Source: Vicugna vicugna (taxonomy: Eukaryota). Taken from it: a DNA stretch of 64,000 nt. The notes beneath the pieces are model-generated. The model worked only from the letters and a program-made list of their open reading frames with translations, had not been told where the DNA came from and searched no databases. This document shows positions 23,584-37,279 of this stretch, one piece after another. The stretch's first letter is position 1. Each line of letters opens with the position of its first letter. The stretch covers positions 3,670,419 through 3,734,418 of the forward strand of contig MU058198.1 in the NCBI GenBank assembly GCA_013265495.1. The letters run 5' to 3'. The position numbers and the translations under genes were made by a program.

Positions 23584-25490
23584 GAGGGGCCACCTTGGCT
23601 GGATCGGGAGGTCAGAGCTGGGGGAGCGGGGGGGCGGCTTCTGCCCACCTCCTCATCAGCGTAGGCTGACGAGCCTGGCCATTCCTTTAACAATCATCTC
23701 TTCTTCCCATCAAAGGGCTCTTAATGAGGGCAGAAGCTGACTGCTCCTGCAACCCCTTCAGAAACCTGGTGATTGGATGCTGGAGAGACTGTGCGCTTTC
23801 CACAGGCTGTCAGATGCCACTGAGTTATCAGCTGCCTGCTGGGCTCCAAGAAGAGCTGGGGCAGGAAGGGAAATGGCCGTGACAGACCGCTATTGTCTGT
23901 TCCTCCTCCCCCTGCGGAGCTGCTTGAAGCAGCCACGGATGGCTGGATTTGAGCGCTCACGCCAGCTTCTGCGGTCCTCGCTGGGTGCCTGCCTTGGCTC
24001 AGAGGATGGGTCTCCCCAGGGACTTGGAATAAGAGCTAAGAGCCTACCCCTCCGAGTTGAGGATCAATGATCCTTTGATTTTATTTCTTCTTCCAGTCTA
24101 ACGCACTGTCTTTGCCTGTAGTTTGATAAATCCCAATCCGATTAGCCTTTGGAAGTGAGGAAAGAAAAGTGAACAAGACCGCAGGAAATTATGGAATAGC
24201 TAGCGGAGAAAGACACGTGAGTATATTCACAAGGAGTGAGCAGACCCAAAGGATGCATCGAGGCATTTTTCTGCTTATTTCTTCTTTTTTTTTTTGCTGG
24301 GGTGTGTACAGTGCAGCTCCCTCGACAAAATCATCGACAGCTCTCTAAATCTAAATATAAAATGCACAAAACAAGGACCTTCTAGGTGCCAAGCACAGTG
24401 CTGAACTCTACCTGTACGAGTACATTTCATCTCCGCTTACAGGTGGGGAAACTGAGACCCAGGGAGCCTGACTGACTTGCCCAAGGTTATCTGGCTAGGA
24501 AGTGGCAGAACTGAAGTCTGATCCTCAAAGCCTGGGTCCTTAGCCATGGCGACAAATCGAGGATATAGAAACTGAAATGGTGATTTCAACTGAGGGATGA
24601 GTGAGCTTTCATTATTTCCCCAACCTCCTGATCTGGGCTTCCTGGCATCAGACTGACTTGGATTAATTGCTGTCTCTCTCCATCATTAGCTCAAGAGACA
24701 GCTCCTGGGGCTTGTGGTCTCCAGGTCCCCCTAGATGGGCGTGACAGATGGGCCAGTAGATCCTGGGTTTGAAATGCCTTGTCTCCAGATTTCTTCAGCA
24801 GGGACGCTGACTGCTGGGTCTCCAGGGAGGGGATGGTTCATGGGGGCTTGGGGTCTGCAAGTTTCCCGTTCCCTATGGCCTTGCTCTGGGTATGTCTTAG
24901 ACCCATGGCACATGGGCAGGGGCCAGACTCAACCCTCACCCATGAACACATTCGAGATATCTTTCCTCAGCTGTTTATAGCAGAAAAAAATGGGGATGAT
25001 GGTTGCAGTGGTGTCTGTGTCCATGGTCAGCACTCAATAGATGTTTGTTGAAAACCAAAATCTAAACAAAAAGACAGAACCTTGCCAACATTATTATATC
25101 ATCCTGGGACCATGTTTTGGATTGTGCTGCCCTGCCCCTTCCCCTTCCCCAGCAGGGATGCTTTGGGGAAGGGGAAGGGGTGCAGGTGCTTCTTTGGTCT
25201 CGTTAGGTCCTCCCAACAACCCATGAGGTAACACCTCTCCCATACTCACGATTGTTCTGGTTTTACAGGGAAGGAACGTGCAGCTCAGAGGGTGAATTTA
25301 CTTGCCCCGAGTCCCGCAGCTAGTGAGTGGCAGGGCCTGAATTAAAATATAGATGTGACTATACCTTGTAATAGCCTATAATGAAAAAGAATATGAAATT
25401 CAATTAAAAATTTAAAAAATAGATATGACTGATTCTAAACCTAGGCTCTTAATACACAGCGTTCCTGGGGAACACAAGAATTTCTTTTAG

Positions 25491-25612
25491 GCTTCCTTCC
25501 TTCCTTTTTTTCCTTCCTTCCTTCCTTCTTTCTTTCTTTCCCTCCCCTTTCCTTCCTTCCTTCCTTCCTTCCTTCCTTCCTTCCTTCCTTCCTTCCTTCC
25601 TTCCTTCTTTCC
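25491..25612. repeat. (TTCC)n / pyrimidine-rich microsatellite
   Basis: Direct inspection. Confidence 0.95.
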
Positions 25613-26009
25613 ATTGTTTGTTGAGTCCTTCCCATGTAGGAAGCCATTTGCCAGATGCTGCGAGGGCTCTGAATGAGTATGACCCATTCCACACAGAGTA
25701 TTTCACAACTTACTGAGAGAGAGAGAGAGGAAAAGAGAACTCACTCTAGAAGGGGCAGTGGGTGAAGTGATAAGCCAGCTTGAAGGCAAGTGCTGTGGGA
25801 AGTGCCTGCAGATGAGAGAAGTACTCCAACCGATGGGGCTGGGAAGAGCTTCAGAGTCAAAGGCAATCGAGTTAGTTCTGGAAGGGGGAGGACTGGCCCC
25901 CTGCAGGGACTCAGCGAGATGCTTTGTCTGGTTCATACTTTGAAAGATGAACACTTTGAAGCTTTCCTGGGCTTTGGCCCTCTGAAATCCACTCTTCACA
26001 CCCGGCCAG

Positions 26010-26600
26010 GGGCATCGTTCTAAAATGTAAATTGGAGCGTGCCCTTCCCCTGCTTAGACTAGTCTGGGGCTTCTCAGAGCTTTCTGTTGAAATCCAGGCC
26101 CCTCACCCCTGTTCTGAGAGCCTGCAGGACCTGAATCTCCCTCTGCCTCCCACCAAACTCACCTTGTTTCTTTGTCCTCTGGCCACAGTCGGCTCTTCTC
26201 TGCTCCATCAAGTGGTTGTCCTTCCTTCTTTACTTGCTCCTCCCTCAGCCCAAATTGTTCTTCCCCGAGCTCTGCATGTGGCTGGCTTCTGTTCACCCTC
26301 CGTTGTCCACTCAATGTTGCCTTCTCAGAAAGGCCACCCATGAGTCTTACCCAAAGATCCCCTCCCAGATCCCCCATCCCATTGCCCTGTCTAATACTGT
26401 CTTTGTATTCGTCACATGTACCTGTCATCACGTTGTTTATTGACTTCTTCGCTTCTTAGCTGCTTCCCTCCACTGGATGGAGTTGGGGGTGGGAGGAAGA
26501 ACCGACCTTATCTTTCATACCACTGTGTGCTTGTGTTAGCATGCAGCTGACACATGCAGGTGCACAATAAATGTTTGCTGAATAAGCGATTAAACAGATG
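26010..26600 (+). mobile_element. L2 LINE 3' region
   Basis: tcaatgttgccttctcagaaaggcc...caggtgcacaataaatgtttgctgaat. Confidence 0.7.
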
Positions 26601-26699
26601 GAAAAGTGGGTTAAATAGTGGGTTGTCAGGATGAAGTGACCACCTGAGTGAAGACCCTGGGCATGAAAGGCCACTGGATTTCTGGTGTGTTGAGACTAC

Positions 26700-27720
26700 G
26701 GAGTGTAGCTGGGAAGACTGATCAGGGCCAGGTCACAGAAGACCTGGCTCACGCATTCAGGGGATTTTGGATGCTATCCGGTAGTTGATGAGCCATTGGA
26801 CATAGTAATTACCTACTCTAGATACCACTGGTGATGCTGAAGGAGAAGGATCTCAGGAGGATGGATGAGATGAGTGAGGTACCCTTGAATTAAGGAAGTG
26901 ACGACAGATGTGGACAGGTGAGAGTACACGGATGTGGAGACTCGGAGAGGATGGAGGAGTCAAGGATGAACTGAGATTGGTGGCTCAGGAAGATGTGTGG
27001 ATGGTGATAAGCAATCAGGGTTAGAAGTCAGAGTCGCTCACTTGGAAGGAGAGGTCATGATCATGGTTTTGCATCGGCTGGGTCTGCAATGTTTTGGGCT
27101 TACATGGGTGACTGTGTCAGGAGATAGATGGATCTATAGACCTGAGACCCAAGTGGGGAAATAGAACTGAGAACATAGGTGGAGGTGTCAGTAACATCAC
27201 AGTGGAGCCGAAGCCGTTGGGTGTGTCAGGTGCCAGAGGGGTTGGAAGAACAGCGTGGTCGGGACCCTGGGAAATGGACCTACTTCGGGGGTTGGTGGAG
27301 GAGGAGGAATCAGTGAAAGAGAAGAGAAGAATGGTGCACTGAGGGAAAGAAGGGGAACCAGGAGGGCTGAGGCTCCCAGGAACCAAAGAGAGTGAACATG
27401 ACCAGCCTGTTAGATGCTGCCAACTGGTGATGGCAGAGAGAAGAGGCTAAGAATTGAGACAGTCACTGGATTTGGTCATTTAATTTAGGAATTTGGACAG
27501 TGCTCATTTAATGATGTGGTGGGAGGAAGAGCGAGGAGCCTGGGTGTTCAGATGGGGAGGTGGAAAGAGAGGTGTGGACAATGTTTAAGAGAATGTGGGT
27601 TGTAAAAGGAAGGGTCTGAAGAGGGAGCTTGGGAGAACATCATTTATGAGAAAAATTAGTTTATAGTGGAAGAAAGCAAGGTGAAGGAAGGGCTCAGGAT
27701 GCCTGGGGAAAGGGGCAGGA
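26700..27720 (-). mobile_element. Degenerate L2 LINE fragments
   Basis: Purine-rich; gagtcaaggatga, gaattgagacagtcactggatttgg and similar L2-like blocks. Confidence 0.5.
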
Positions 27721-28039
27721 AGTCTGCAGAAGAGCTCAGAGGCCTCTGTCGTCACATAGTTAGGTGTTCGAATCCAAGCTCTGCCTCATACTAGCTGTGG
27801 GACTCTGGGCAAGTGAGTCAGCGGCTTCCTCGTCTGCCTAACAGAGAGCGCACGCAGCTCCCAGGGCCACGGCAAGGACGGCAGGAGACTGTGTATCAGG
27901 GCCGTCACAGGGCCTAGGGCCTGGTGGGTTTTGAGCTAGTGAACTCTGACCAGGCTCCTTTATAGATACCGTTTAGAAAAGACCCCAGTGACACTCGCTA
28001 ACCCTTGGTCCACCCTAGGTCTCTCCTGCTCTAAACTCT

Positions 28040-28475
28040 GAACTCACAACACGTGGTGCACTTATAATGATTGCACAGTGGATACTGTAGGATGCCACCC
28101 AGATCCGCCTTTCAGAACTGGGGCACTTCTGCCTCGGGCGTGGGGCATGTTGGCTGCTGACCACTCACAGTGTAGTCCTCCAGGAACTGCCCCGAAGACA
28201 TCTGTGTTATCCAAGGTTCTGGCCCCTTCCAGGGGCAGCCCACACCCAAAGATTGGTCGCTGGTGGTCCATCCTCTGCCTCCTGGGGCCATGTCTGAAGA
28301 AACATCCTGACCACAGAGCCCCCTAACAGATGGGGCTGTATCGCCATTTCAGTCCTCTGTTTTACCCTGTTTCCCTCATTCCCTGCAGGGGTTGTAAGAC
28401 CCAAGACCCAACAAGACCCTCGCACACAGATCTCCCCATCAGAGTCTGTTTTTAGGGAACCTGGCTTAAGACACC
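28040..28475. mobile_element. Old ERVL-type LTR remnant (LTR16-like)
   Basis: ends cagagtctgtttttagggaacctggcttaagaca. Confidence 0.5.
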
Positions 28476-29309
28476 CTCTTTAATGTCTGTATCTTTTCCC
28501 TAAACTGTAAACTTTTTGAAGGCACTGACCATGTCTGTCTTGTTGATTGTACTACCAGGTCCAGGCACACAATAGATGCTCATTAATTGTTTGTGGAATT
28601 AAGAGACTGGAAAGATTTCCTAGACACACACACAGAAGTGCCCTGATATATACAATTTTCCAGAGTTGTGAATTACAGATTGAGTTACCAAAGAATGCCT
28701 TTCTAGGGGCATGGAAGCCTGCCTGGGCCCACCCAGTATGAAGCCATCCCTCACAATAGCTCCATGTCTTCTGTGAGCGATTTCCAGGTTTCTATCAGCA
28801 AACAGTGGTCGTGATTTATAAAATGTTCACACAAGAACATTTGGGCAGCATTTGACATCGTTTTTGTACGGAGAGGTTATTCCTTAGGGCCTTTAATTTT
28901 CTAGCTTCCATTATTGGGAGAGTAAAATGTATCACTTGCAACCCAAAATTGATTTTTATTTCCTGAAAGAAGCTCATAAAAATAAATAACTTCCCGGGAG
29001 GGAAGAAAGAAAAGAAGTCTTTATACTGGGCAATTTGTTAAAGAAGAGAAGAAAAGAAAAGGAAGCCTGGAGGGGCAAGGCAATCTAAACATTTAGATTG
29101 CATCTCTTTTTTTTTTTTTTTTTTGATTTGATGCTTACTGGACTTTGAAAACACCCATGCAATTGAGAGAGTTCACTAGGGACAGCTTCCTGGGAAAGGT
29201 GGCTGGAGCATCCTTCAGAGCATTGCCCCATGTTTTGCTCCTCTGATACCTGAATCTTCTACTGTGTTTCTATTAGCCAGGAGATGTATTGCAGTATCTC
29301 ATTAGTAGT

Positions 29310-29725
29310 TGTATCAGTAAGCTTTTGCTGTGTAACAAGTCACTCTCAATGTAGTGGGCTTAAAACAACAATCATTCTTTCTCTCAGTGTTCTTAGTCTG
29401 CTGGGAGGTTCTTCTGATCTGGGCTGACTTGTGTGGGGCTGAAGGGTCTCAGATGGCCTCAGTGTCTGGTGGTTTGTTCAGTGTCAGCTGGAGTGACAGG
29501 GTTTGCCTACCCTTGTGTGTCTCAGCATTCCATAGGCTAGCTCTAGCTTGTAAATGTGGTTGTAGTCATAGGAGTCTCAAAAGCAGCAAGTGAGAGCAAT
29601 TCAAGCCTCAGTTCACAAGCACTTGTTACGACTTTATCACATTGGCTAGTGTCCCAGTGGCTAAAGCAGTTCACGTGGCCAAGTCCATATTCAGAGAATG
29701 GAAGAATAGAATTTCATCCTTTCAC
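29310..29725. mobile_element. MaLR (MLT1-type) LTR remnant
   Basis: tgtatcagtaagcttttgctgtgtaacaa...agtgggcttaaaacaacaatcatt...cagtggctaaagcagttcacgtggccaag. Confidence 0.7.
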
Positions 29726-32322
29726 TGACATAAAGAGGAATATGTTGGCAGGGAAGATACTGAATAATCTCATTTTATAGCGAATAAGCGGAGACTCAGA
29801 GAGGGTGAGCAACTGGCCTGAGGTCACACAGCAAGCCAAGAACCCACTGTGTAACCAACCCATTGTGGGTGAGCTTGCCCTGTGCTGCCACATCCTGTCT
29901 CCCCTTCGTCCATTCCCTCTCCCACCCTCTGTGCGGTCTGTTAAATGGATGGCTTCTCACTCAGCCTTGGAATGATGCTCTCCATTTATCAGCTTGTACT
30001 CACACTTGCCTGCTGTGCTGGTTGTCCTGTGCTTGCATCCCTCAGCCCTCATCCACTCTCTGGTCTTCTCTGTGCCCCTGGGGAGATTGGCCCCTGTGGA
30101 GGGCATCACCAGGGCCCTCTAGCTTCTGTTTGAGATCATGCAGTCAGAAGCACCGATGAGAGTCATAGGATTGTAGGAGAGAGAAGGTGAGCTATTCCTT
30201 TCCAACCCCCATGCTCTGGGCATTGTGTCCTGGGAATAGTTTTCCTCCCCAGCTCCCGGGTTCACCGGGCCCTGGTAACACTTTCCTCCCTCTGCCTTTC
30301 AGCCTGAGAGTGGCAATGATAGTTGCCATTGCTAGTCTCTGGGTGCCTCACCATTCATTCTTGATCCTTTAGCCCTGGCCTCACATTTCTGAGTAGTCCC
30401 CAAATTAAAATCTCTTGAACCATCTGAATTGAATTCTGTGTACTTTCAATTCAGTTATATATTCTTGTAAGGGGAGAAGGAAATAGAGTTTGCAGCATGC
30501 GATTTGAGTATCATTCTGGGCAGACCCATGCAAAAAGAATGTGTAGCCTCCAAAGATGCTCTTGTGGCAGGAAGAATGTTTGAGAACTTCAGTGCTGGAG
30601 TGTGAGGGTTTCCATTATCTCGGCTCTGTTCAGGGAATTTTGAGGACTCTGGGAAGCACCGACAAGGATATTTATGGCATCTGTGTGGTAGCAAAAGCTA
30701 CTTGCATCCTGAATGCCTGTGAATGGCAGAATGAATGGCTGAAAAATTTGTGGTCCCTGCATGCAGAAGTATAATAGGCAGTTTGAAAAGACCGAGTTAG
30801 TTCCCAGTTGACTGACACGGAGAAGTAGACAAGATGCACTGGGAGGTGGGAAAAGCACTTCGCCAGGTAAGGTGTATAATGTGGTTCCATCTTTATAGAC
30901 TTAACTCTCCCGATCCACTTGTTTCCAAGTGATTGTCACAGCAAGGGGAAAGGTGTGGATGGGTGAACACCGGGTTGCCAGCCTGGGTTTGCTGGAGAGG
31001 GGAGTAGGGAAGTTGGAAGGAGGAGAAGGTAGGGTGCGAAAGGATAGGGGAGGAAAAAAAAGGAAAAACTAGCACCTTGGGAAGGTACTCACGGGTTTAA
31101 TTTGCTACTCTTTTTGAAATACTTAGATCATGGATTTTCAGATGAAAATCCTGTAAGCTCAGCTTTTGTTGACTTTCACAAGGTTTGAATTTTTTGAATC
31201 TCTATTACGATTTCTTCTTTTTCCTGTGGGCTATTTCAAAGTGTGTGTTTACTTTTCAAACATTTATGGACATTCCTGTCTTCTGTGATGGGTTTCTAGT
31301 TTGTTTCCACTGCAGACAGAGAACACACATCATTTCATGCCTTTGAAATTGTGATAAATATTCTCTGTGCACTTGAAAAGAAAAATACATATCCTGTGGT
31401 TGTTGCAGGCAATATCTGTGTGGATAAATTAAGTTCATGTTGTTCCTCGTGTTATTCACACCTTCTGTGTCTTTGTTGATTTTATTTTGCTTGCTTTGTT
31501 CTCTTACTGAAAGAGCTGTGTTCAGGTCTCCTACTATGACTGTGCATTTTCCCCTTTTAGTTTTCTCAATTTTTGCTTTCTAGGTTTTGAAGCAGTGTTA
31601 TTATCATAAATTGTAATTGTTATATCTCCTTGGTGGATTGAGCCTTTTAACATGTTAACATGTATCTCTTTATCTCAAAGGATGCTTCTTGCTTTAAAGC
31701 CTCTTTGTCACATACAGAGATACAACTTTTCTTTTGGTTATTGTTTCGTGGTCTTGCTCTCTCTCTCTCTCATATGAAAGTGGTTGACAGTGAGTAACTC
31801 AAAGTGTAAAGGGGAAAAAAACCTAAATATAAGGATACAGAAAGATGGAAAGTGAAAGGAAAAAGAAAATGTATGAAGTGAGAACGATGGAAAGTGGAAA
31901 GAAGAACAGCTTTCTGTATCCTTACATTCAGGATGTGCTTCTTACAAACATAGTTGTGAAATCCAGTCTGTTTGATTTTTAATTTGAGCTTTTAGACCAT
32001 TTACATTATATACCATTGCTGATACATTTGAGTTTATGGCTGGGATCCTCCTATTCATTTTCTGTTTGTCCCATGTGTTTTATGTTCCTTTTCCTCTTGG
32101 TTTTTGCCTCATTTTGAATCACTCGAGTCTATTTTATCATTTCATTTCCATTAGCTTGTTAGTCATGCCTTGTTATTGTTTTTGTATTGGCTGTAGAGAT
32201 TTCAACATGCATCTTTGACTTTTTAGAGTCCATTGTATTACCAGGTAACCCTAGGTCCTCAAGCATGTTATTTCCATTTACCCTGTCCCATCCTATTTTA
32301 AGTTTTCATGTCATTTAAACTA

Positions 32323-32376
32323 TATTATTATTATTATTATTATTATTATTGTTATTATTATTATTATTATTATTAT
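32323..32376. repeat. (TTA)n microsatellite
   Basis: About 17 units with one ttg interruption. Confidence 0.95.
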
Positions 32377-32851
32377 TTCTTTGCATAACCAACATTCATT
32401 TAGAGTTACTAATATCTTTATCCTTTCTGTTGTTTTTGTTTGTTTGTTTCTTCTTACGTACTCATGTTTCCATCTGGAGTCATTATCTTTCTTAAAGATA
32501 CTTAAAGAACCTCTCTAAGTATTTTAGTTTGGGCCTTTTGAAGATTGTTTTTCTTGGGTATAGAATTTACAAGTAGGATTGGTTTTCTTTCAACAGTTAA
32601 AGATGTTACCCCATTGTTCTTACTCTTCAAATAAAATTTTTTTTTATTGAAGTACAGTCAGTTACAATGTGTTAGTTTCTGGTGTGCAGCACAGTGTCCC
32701 AGCCATGCATAAACACACATATATTTGTTTTCCTATTCCATTATTCTTATTCTTGCTCCTTTGAAGGTAATGTGCCTTTTTTCACCTGGCTGCTTTTTCG
32801 ATTTTCTCTTTATCTTTGATTTTCCACAGTTTGATTATGATATTCCTAGGG

Positions 32852-32875
32852 GTGTGTGTGTGTGTGTGTGTGTGT
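32852..32875. repeat. (GT)n microsatellite
   Basis: Direct inspection. Confidence 0.9.
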
Positions 32876-33584
32876 CTGTTTGCACACACATACATATTTA
32901 TCTTGTTCTTGAAGTATTAGCTTGCTCTTTCTCATCAATATTGGAAAATTCTTGGCCACTCTCTGCCCCGTTCCTTCTCTTCTTTTCGGCCTGTGTTTCG
33001 ATTACACATAGATTAGACCTTTTCACTGTGTCCTGCTGTCTGTGACACTGTCTTCAAAACTTTCCATCCTGTTTGCTCTCTGTGTTTTAGTCTGATTGTT
33101 CTAAGTGAACTATTTTTTTAGTCACTCATATGCCCTCCGACTGCTTCTAATCTGCTGCTACACCCTGATATTGGGTTCTTAATTTTAATGATCATATTTT
33201 AATAACCTTTTTATTTTAGAATACTTTTCGATTTATAATAAAGTTATGTAGATAGTACAGAGTTCCTATAAACCCCTCACTCAGTTTTCCCTATTATTAA
33301 CATCTTTCCTTATCATGGTGCATTCATCAAAACTCAGAAATTGACTTTAATTGGTACATTACTGTTAACGAAACTCTAGACTTCATTTGGGTGTTATTAG
33401 TTTTTTCATTAATATCCCGTATCTGTTTCAGGATTTCATCTAAGATACCAAATTTTATTTAGTTGTCACATCTCCGTAGTTTCCTCTGGTTCATTACAGT
33501 TTCTCAGTCCATCTTTTGTTTTTCATGATCTTGACAGTTTTGAGTACTGGTCACGTGGTTTGTAGACTTCGTCAATTTGGGAAT

Positions 33585-33745
33585 TTTTTTTTTAAAGCAG
33601 AATTTTAAAAAATTTGGGGTGGGGGTGGTGGTGGTTAGGTAATTAGGTTTATTTATTTACTTATTTTTAGAGGAGGTCCTGGGGATTGAACCCAAGACCT
33701 TATACATGCTAAGCATGCACTCTGCCACTTGAGCTGTACCCTCCC
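33585..33745 (-). mobile_element. tRNA-Ala-derived SINE
   Basis: aggtaattaggtttatttatt...ggggattgaacccaagacc...catgctaagcatgcactctgccacttgagctgtaccctccc. Confidence 0.9.
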
Positions 33746-36700
33746 TGCCTTGTATTTTTAATTTTAAAGTTCATATTTTTTGTGGTTATAACTCTCTAGT
33801 AACGTTCTCCACGTTGTCATCCTTTTGTTTTGTTTTATCTTAAACCCTCTCGATCACAGTTATCTTCAAGTCCAATGTCAGGGTCGCCTGTGGATCCATC
33901 CTGTTGCCTGTTTCTCCCTCTGGTCCCGCTTCTTGGCCTGTGTGGAATTTTGGTTTGACATTCAGTCATTTCGTATACCCAATTAGAGAGCTTTGGATGA
34001 CGTTATCATCCGCCTCTGGTTCTCTCCCACCGCCAGGATGAAGCTTCTAGAGGTTCCCAGCTATAAGGCTGAAGACTTCCTAGGCCCTCTTCCTTATTAT
34101 GTCCTGAACTCCAGCTTTTGCTTCTCTAGCACCACGAGACTGCCAAAAACCCTCAGCAGATTTGTTTTGTGTCTCAACTTCTGTATTTGAATTGGCAAAG
34201 CCCTAAGGGAGGACCGACGCCTAGTGTGGAGTTTGCTTCTTTGGTTTTCCCTTCTCAATGGATCCTTGTCCCCCAAGTCATGCTTTCATGGGCAACTCTC
34301 ATTCCTCGCCCCAGGGCTGCTCTGATTCTTAGCAGCTGCCGTCTTGCCTGGCTTCTCAGCCCCTTGCTCCGTGCTGAGGATGGCTTCTGCCCCAAAGGAA
34401 AAAGCAGCACACAGAATAATGGGCTCATCTCAATTCTAATTCCTTGAAAAAATATTTTGTTTGTTTATCTGGCTTGGATAGTTGTTCTCAGCGGGAGCAT
34501 TGAGCTTCTGTGAGCTACTCCATCATAGCCCCAAGTGGTATGAAGTTAAGTGAAAATGTAAAATGTAAAATAGATGTGCGGTTTTATAATTATGTAGAAA
34601 TTGAATGTTAATGTGGATGAAGACTAGAAGGTGAATGTACAAATTAAAGCATTTATTTAATTTTAGGATAAGATCAAAGACAATATTTGCTTTGGATTCT
34701 GTTACATGTGCACTGAAGTTAAAAATAATTTTTTTTAAAGAGGGGGTGGTAAGAGCATCAGTAATATAATGAAAATGCCCATTTCTTCTAGGTCCTGGTA
34801 GGGGGACTCTGAAGACTCTGGGGGTTGAAGACACTGAGGTTAAAGTCACTAAGTATATTGTGAGAGTCTTGGTATAGAGTAATAGCCAATAATAACAACC
34901 TAGCACATACAGAACGTTTACTATGTGCCAGACATTCTATTAATACACTTAATTATTATGACATCCTTATGAGACTATTGCTAGCCTCATTTCTTAGGCT
35001 AGGAGACTGAGTCGCGGAGAAGTTAGGTAACGTTTAGAGCACTGAGTGGCAGAGCTGATATTAAAACCCAGGATCTCCGGCTTTATCCTGAGTTCTTCGC
35101 CACCCCAACATACTAATTTGGTAAGGACAGTGGTTTTAGATCAGATAAAGGTACTTGAAATGCAGGAGGTGCTGGCTGGAGGGAGAGTTTAGTTCAGTCC
35201 CCATATCTTGGGGCAGATGAAGCAGAAGTTCTGGGAACAGTCTGTTCTTAAATCAGTCAAGACCTTGCGTTTTTCTGAGCAGGTTGGATCCCTGCCTCCC
35301 AGAGAGAGGTGGAAAAGTGTGGCAGTGATGAGTCTGGACACCAGGGATGGGGCGATACCGTGAAATGTATGAATTCCTTAAAACAGTGTCTGGCCCAGAA
35401 CCTGTGCTCAGTGAAATGTTGTTGTCATCACTGTCCACGTCATCGGCCAGAACAACCCAAATCACAAAACCTTTGAATTCTCTCTGGGCTTGAGGCCATG
35501 GGAGTCTCCCAAGGCGATAAGATTCACAGTCATTCTCTCCTTCAGTGAGCGCCTCGCACTGTGCGGGGCTGTGGAGTCACCTCCATCACTAAGACAAGTA
35601 CATGGAAAATCACAGTGAAGCCTTGCACGTGCTGTGCCAAACATCAGTAAAACACTGGTTCTGGGAAGCACAGGAGGGCACCCATCCATGCGGGGCTGGA
35701 GCTCTGCAATCGTTTTAGGGCGTGGAGAGAAGAGGTCATTCACTCATCCCTTCATCAGTTCATTCCACGAGCACTGACTGACCATCTGCTCTGTGCTGGA
35801 CGCTGTCCTAGGGCTGGGAATCCGAAAGTGACAACATAGAAACAGACCCTCCTCTCCTGAAGCTTCTAACCTGGCAGGAAATCATGGAATCTAATGACAT
35901 TTCATAACCAGATATTGAGGACCTACAAAATGCGAGGCCCAGTCCTAGGCACTTAATGGGACGGAATGAGGATCAATGGCTGGGACCAAGCCTGGGTTTG
36001 GTCCCTTAGCATGTGTTATGGGTCCTAAACCCTCCGGACCTGGTGAGGTGGCACTGTCACTCTTCTCCTAGTACAGAGGAGGAAACCGAGGCCCCTGGAG
36101 GCTAAGTAACTTGCCGTGGTCACGTGACCAGGAAATGGCTTCACTTTGACTCAAATCAGGGTCTACCTGATGCCAAGCTCTTAGCCATTGTTTGATGCTC
36201 ATTCCAGAAATATTTTAAGTCAGAGTCCCTTCCCTTCAAGAGTTCTGTTAAGTATAATAGAGCGTGAAAGGCAAGTAAACTTACTCTTACAGTATATGGT
36301 GCTGCTGAACTTAAGAAAGGAACAGTCCTGCTGGTGGGTCAGATGAAGTCAGGAAGGGCTTCAGGGAAGAGGCGGCATTAGACATCCAACAGCAAGAATG
36401 AGTGAAGGGCCGAGGAAGGGAACACACTGGGTAGAGGGTAGTGCACACTTGGGTTTGCAGGGGGCTTGGAAGCTCCTTGCTACTCCAGGGCTGGTTGGGG
36501 GATGTGGGTCAGAGCCCAGACCAGGGTGATGTTGTTGGTTCATGAGCCTTGGCTAGAGGGCGGATGGGGCTCTCGGATATATGGGAGGAGCTTACTGATT
36601 TCATGATCATCAGACACCCTTGAGATGCTCTCCTGGGCTTTTATTTAAGGCAGACCCTGCTTTCAGACCTCTCAGAGCTCCGTATGGCTGGTATGGAGAG

Positions 36701-37279
36701 GAGCCTGGGCTTATCTCCTGCTTGGGACACACGAGTCCCTCTCTGAGTCACCAGGAAAACCAACAGGACTAGGAGAAAAGAAGCAAAAGGAGCCCATCCA
36801 GTTTCCACAGACTCTGTGATGTGTTGAGAACTCTGGTCCAGCCCAGCTCACCATGGCTGGTGGTCCTACTTGTGATTTGAGGTGCAGGTCCTAGCGTATG
36901 AAGAGAGTGACTATCTGCTCGGCTCGTCCACTGTGCATGCATCCTCTCGGGAGTTGCCCTGGGACGTGATCCTGACACTCAGTCCTGTCCATCTCCTTCT
37001 CCAGAGGCAGGGACTCCAGAGGCAGCAGACACTCACGTATGACTAGAGTTTAGGACCCATGTGAGGAGGTTTGGCAGGGAAGGCTAGAAAGTTACAGTGG
37101 GGAAGGGAGCCAGCAATCGCAAAGGACACATTGTGGAAGGATCTTTGGACCTTGCTCCGGGGTCTTGGCCCCAGGGTGTCATGATCATCACGAAGGTGCC
37201 CAATTCAGCTTGTTGCTCTCTTTTCGGCTGATGGTTGTTTGGTTTGAGGTTAATCCGCTCTCTCTCTCTCTTTCTCTTT

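Larger units (their letters stand above)
31150..34530 (-). mobile_element. Cluster of old antisense L1 fragments with nested younger insertions
   Basis: T-rich tract with ORF2/5' L1 signatures (ctctttatct, ccatttacatt, ttcttgggtatagaatt); nested L1 3' ends near 32640 and 33200. Confidence 0.75.

Noticed and set aside
25441..25706. KEGR-repeat and LPSF-repeat ORFs (also 50213-50701 and 55489-55806)
   Set aside because: Translations of (TTCC)n microsatellites
30856..30875. CAG|GTAAGG as a recursive splice site in intron 5 (similar cag|gtgagt at 54542-54550)
   Set aside because: Polypyrimidine tracts are short or repeat-derived; such matches are expected by chance
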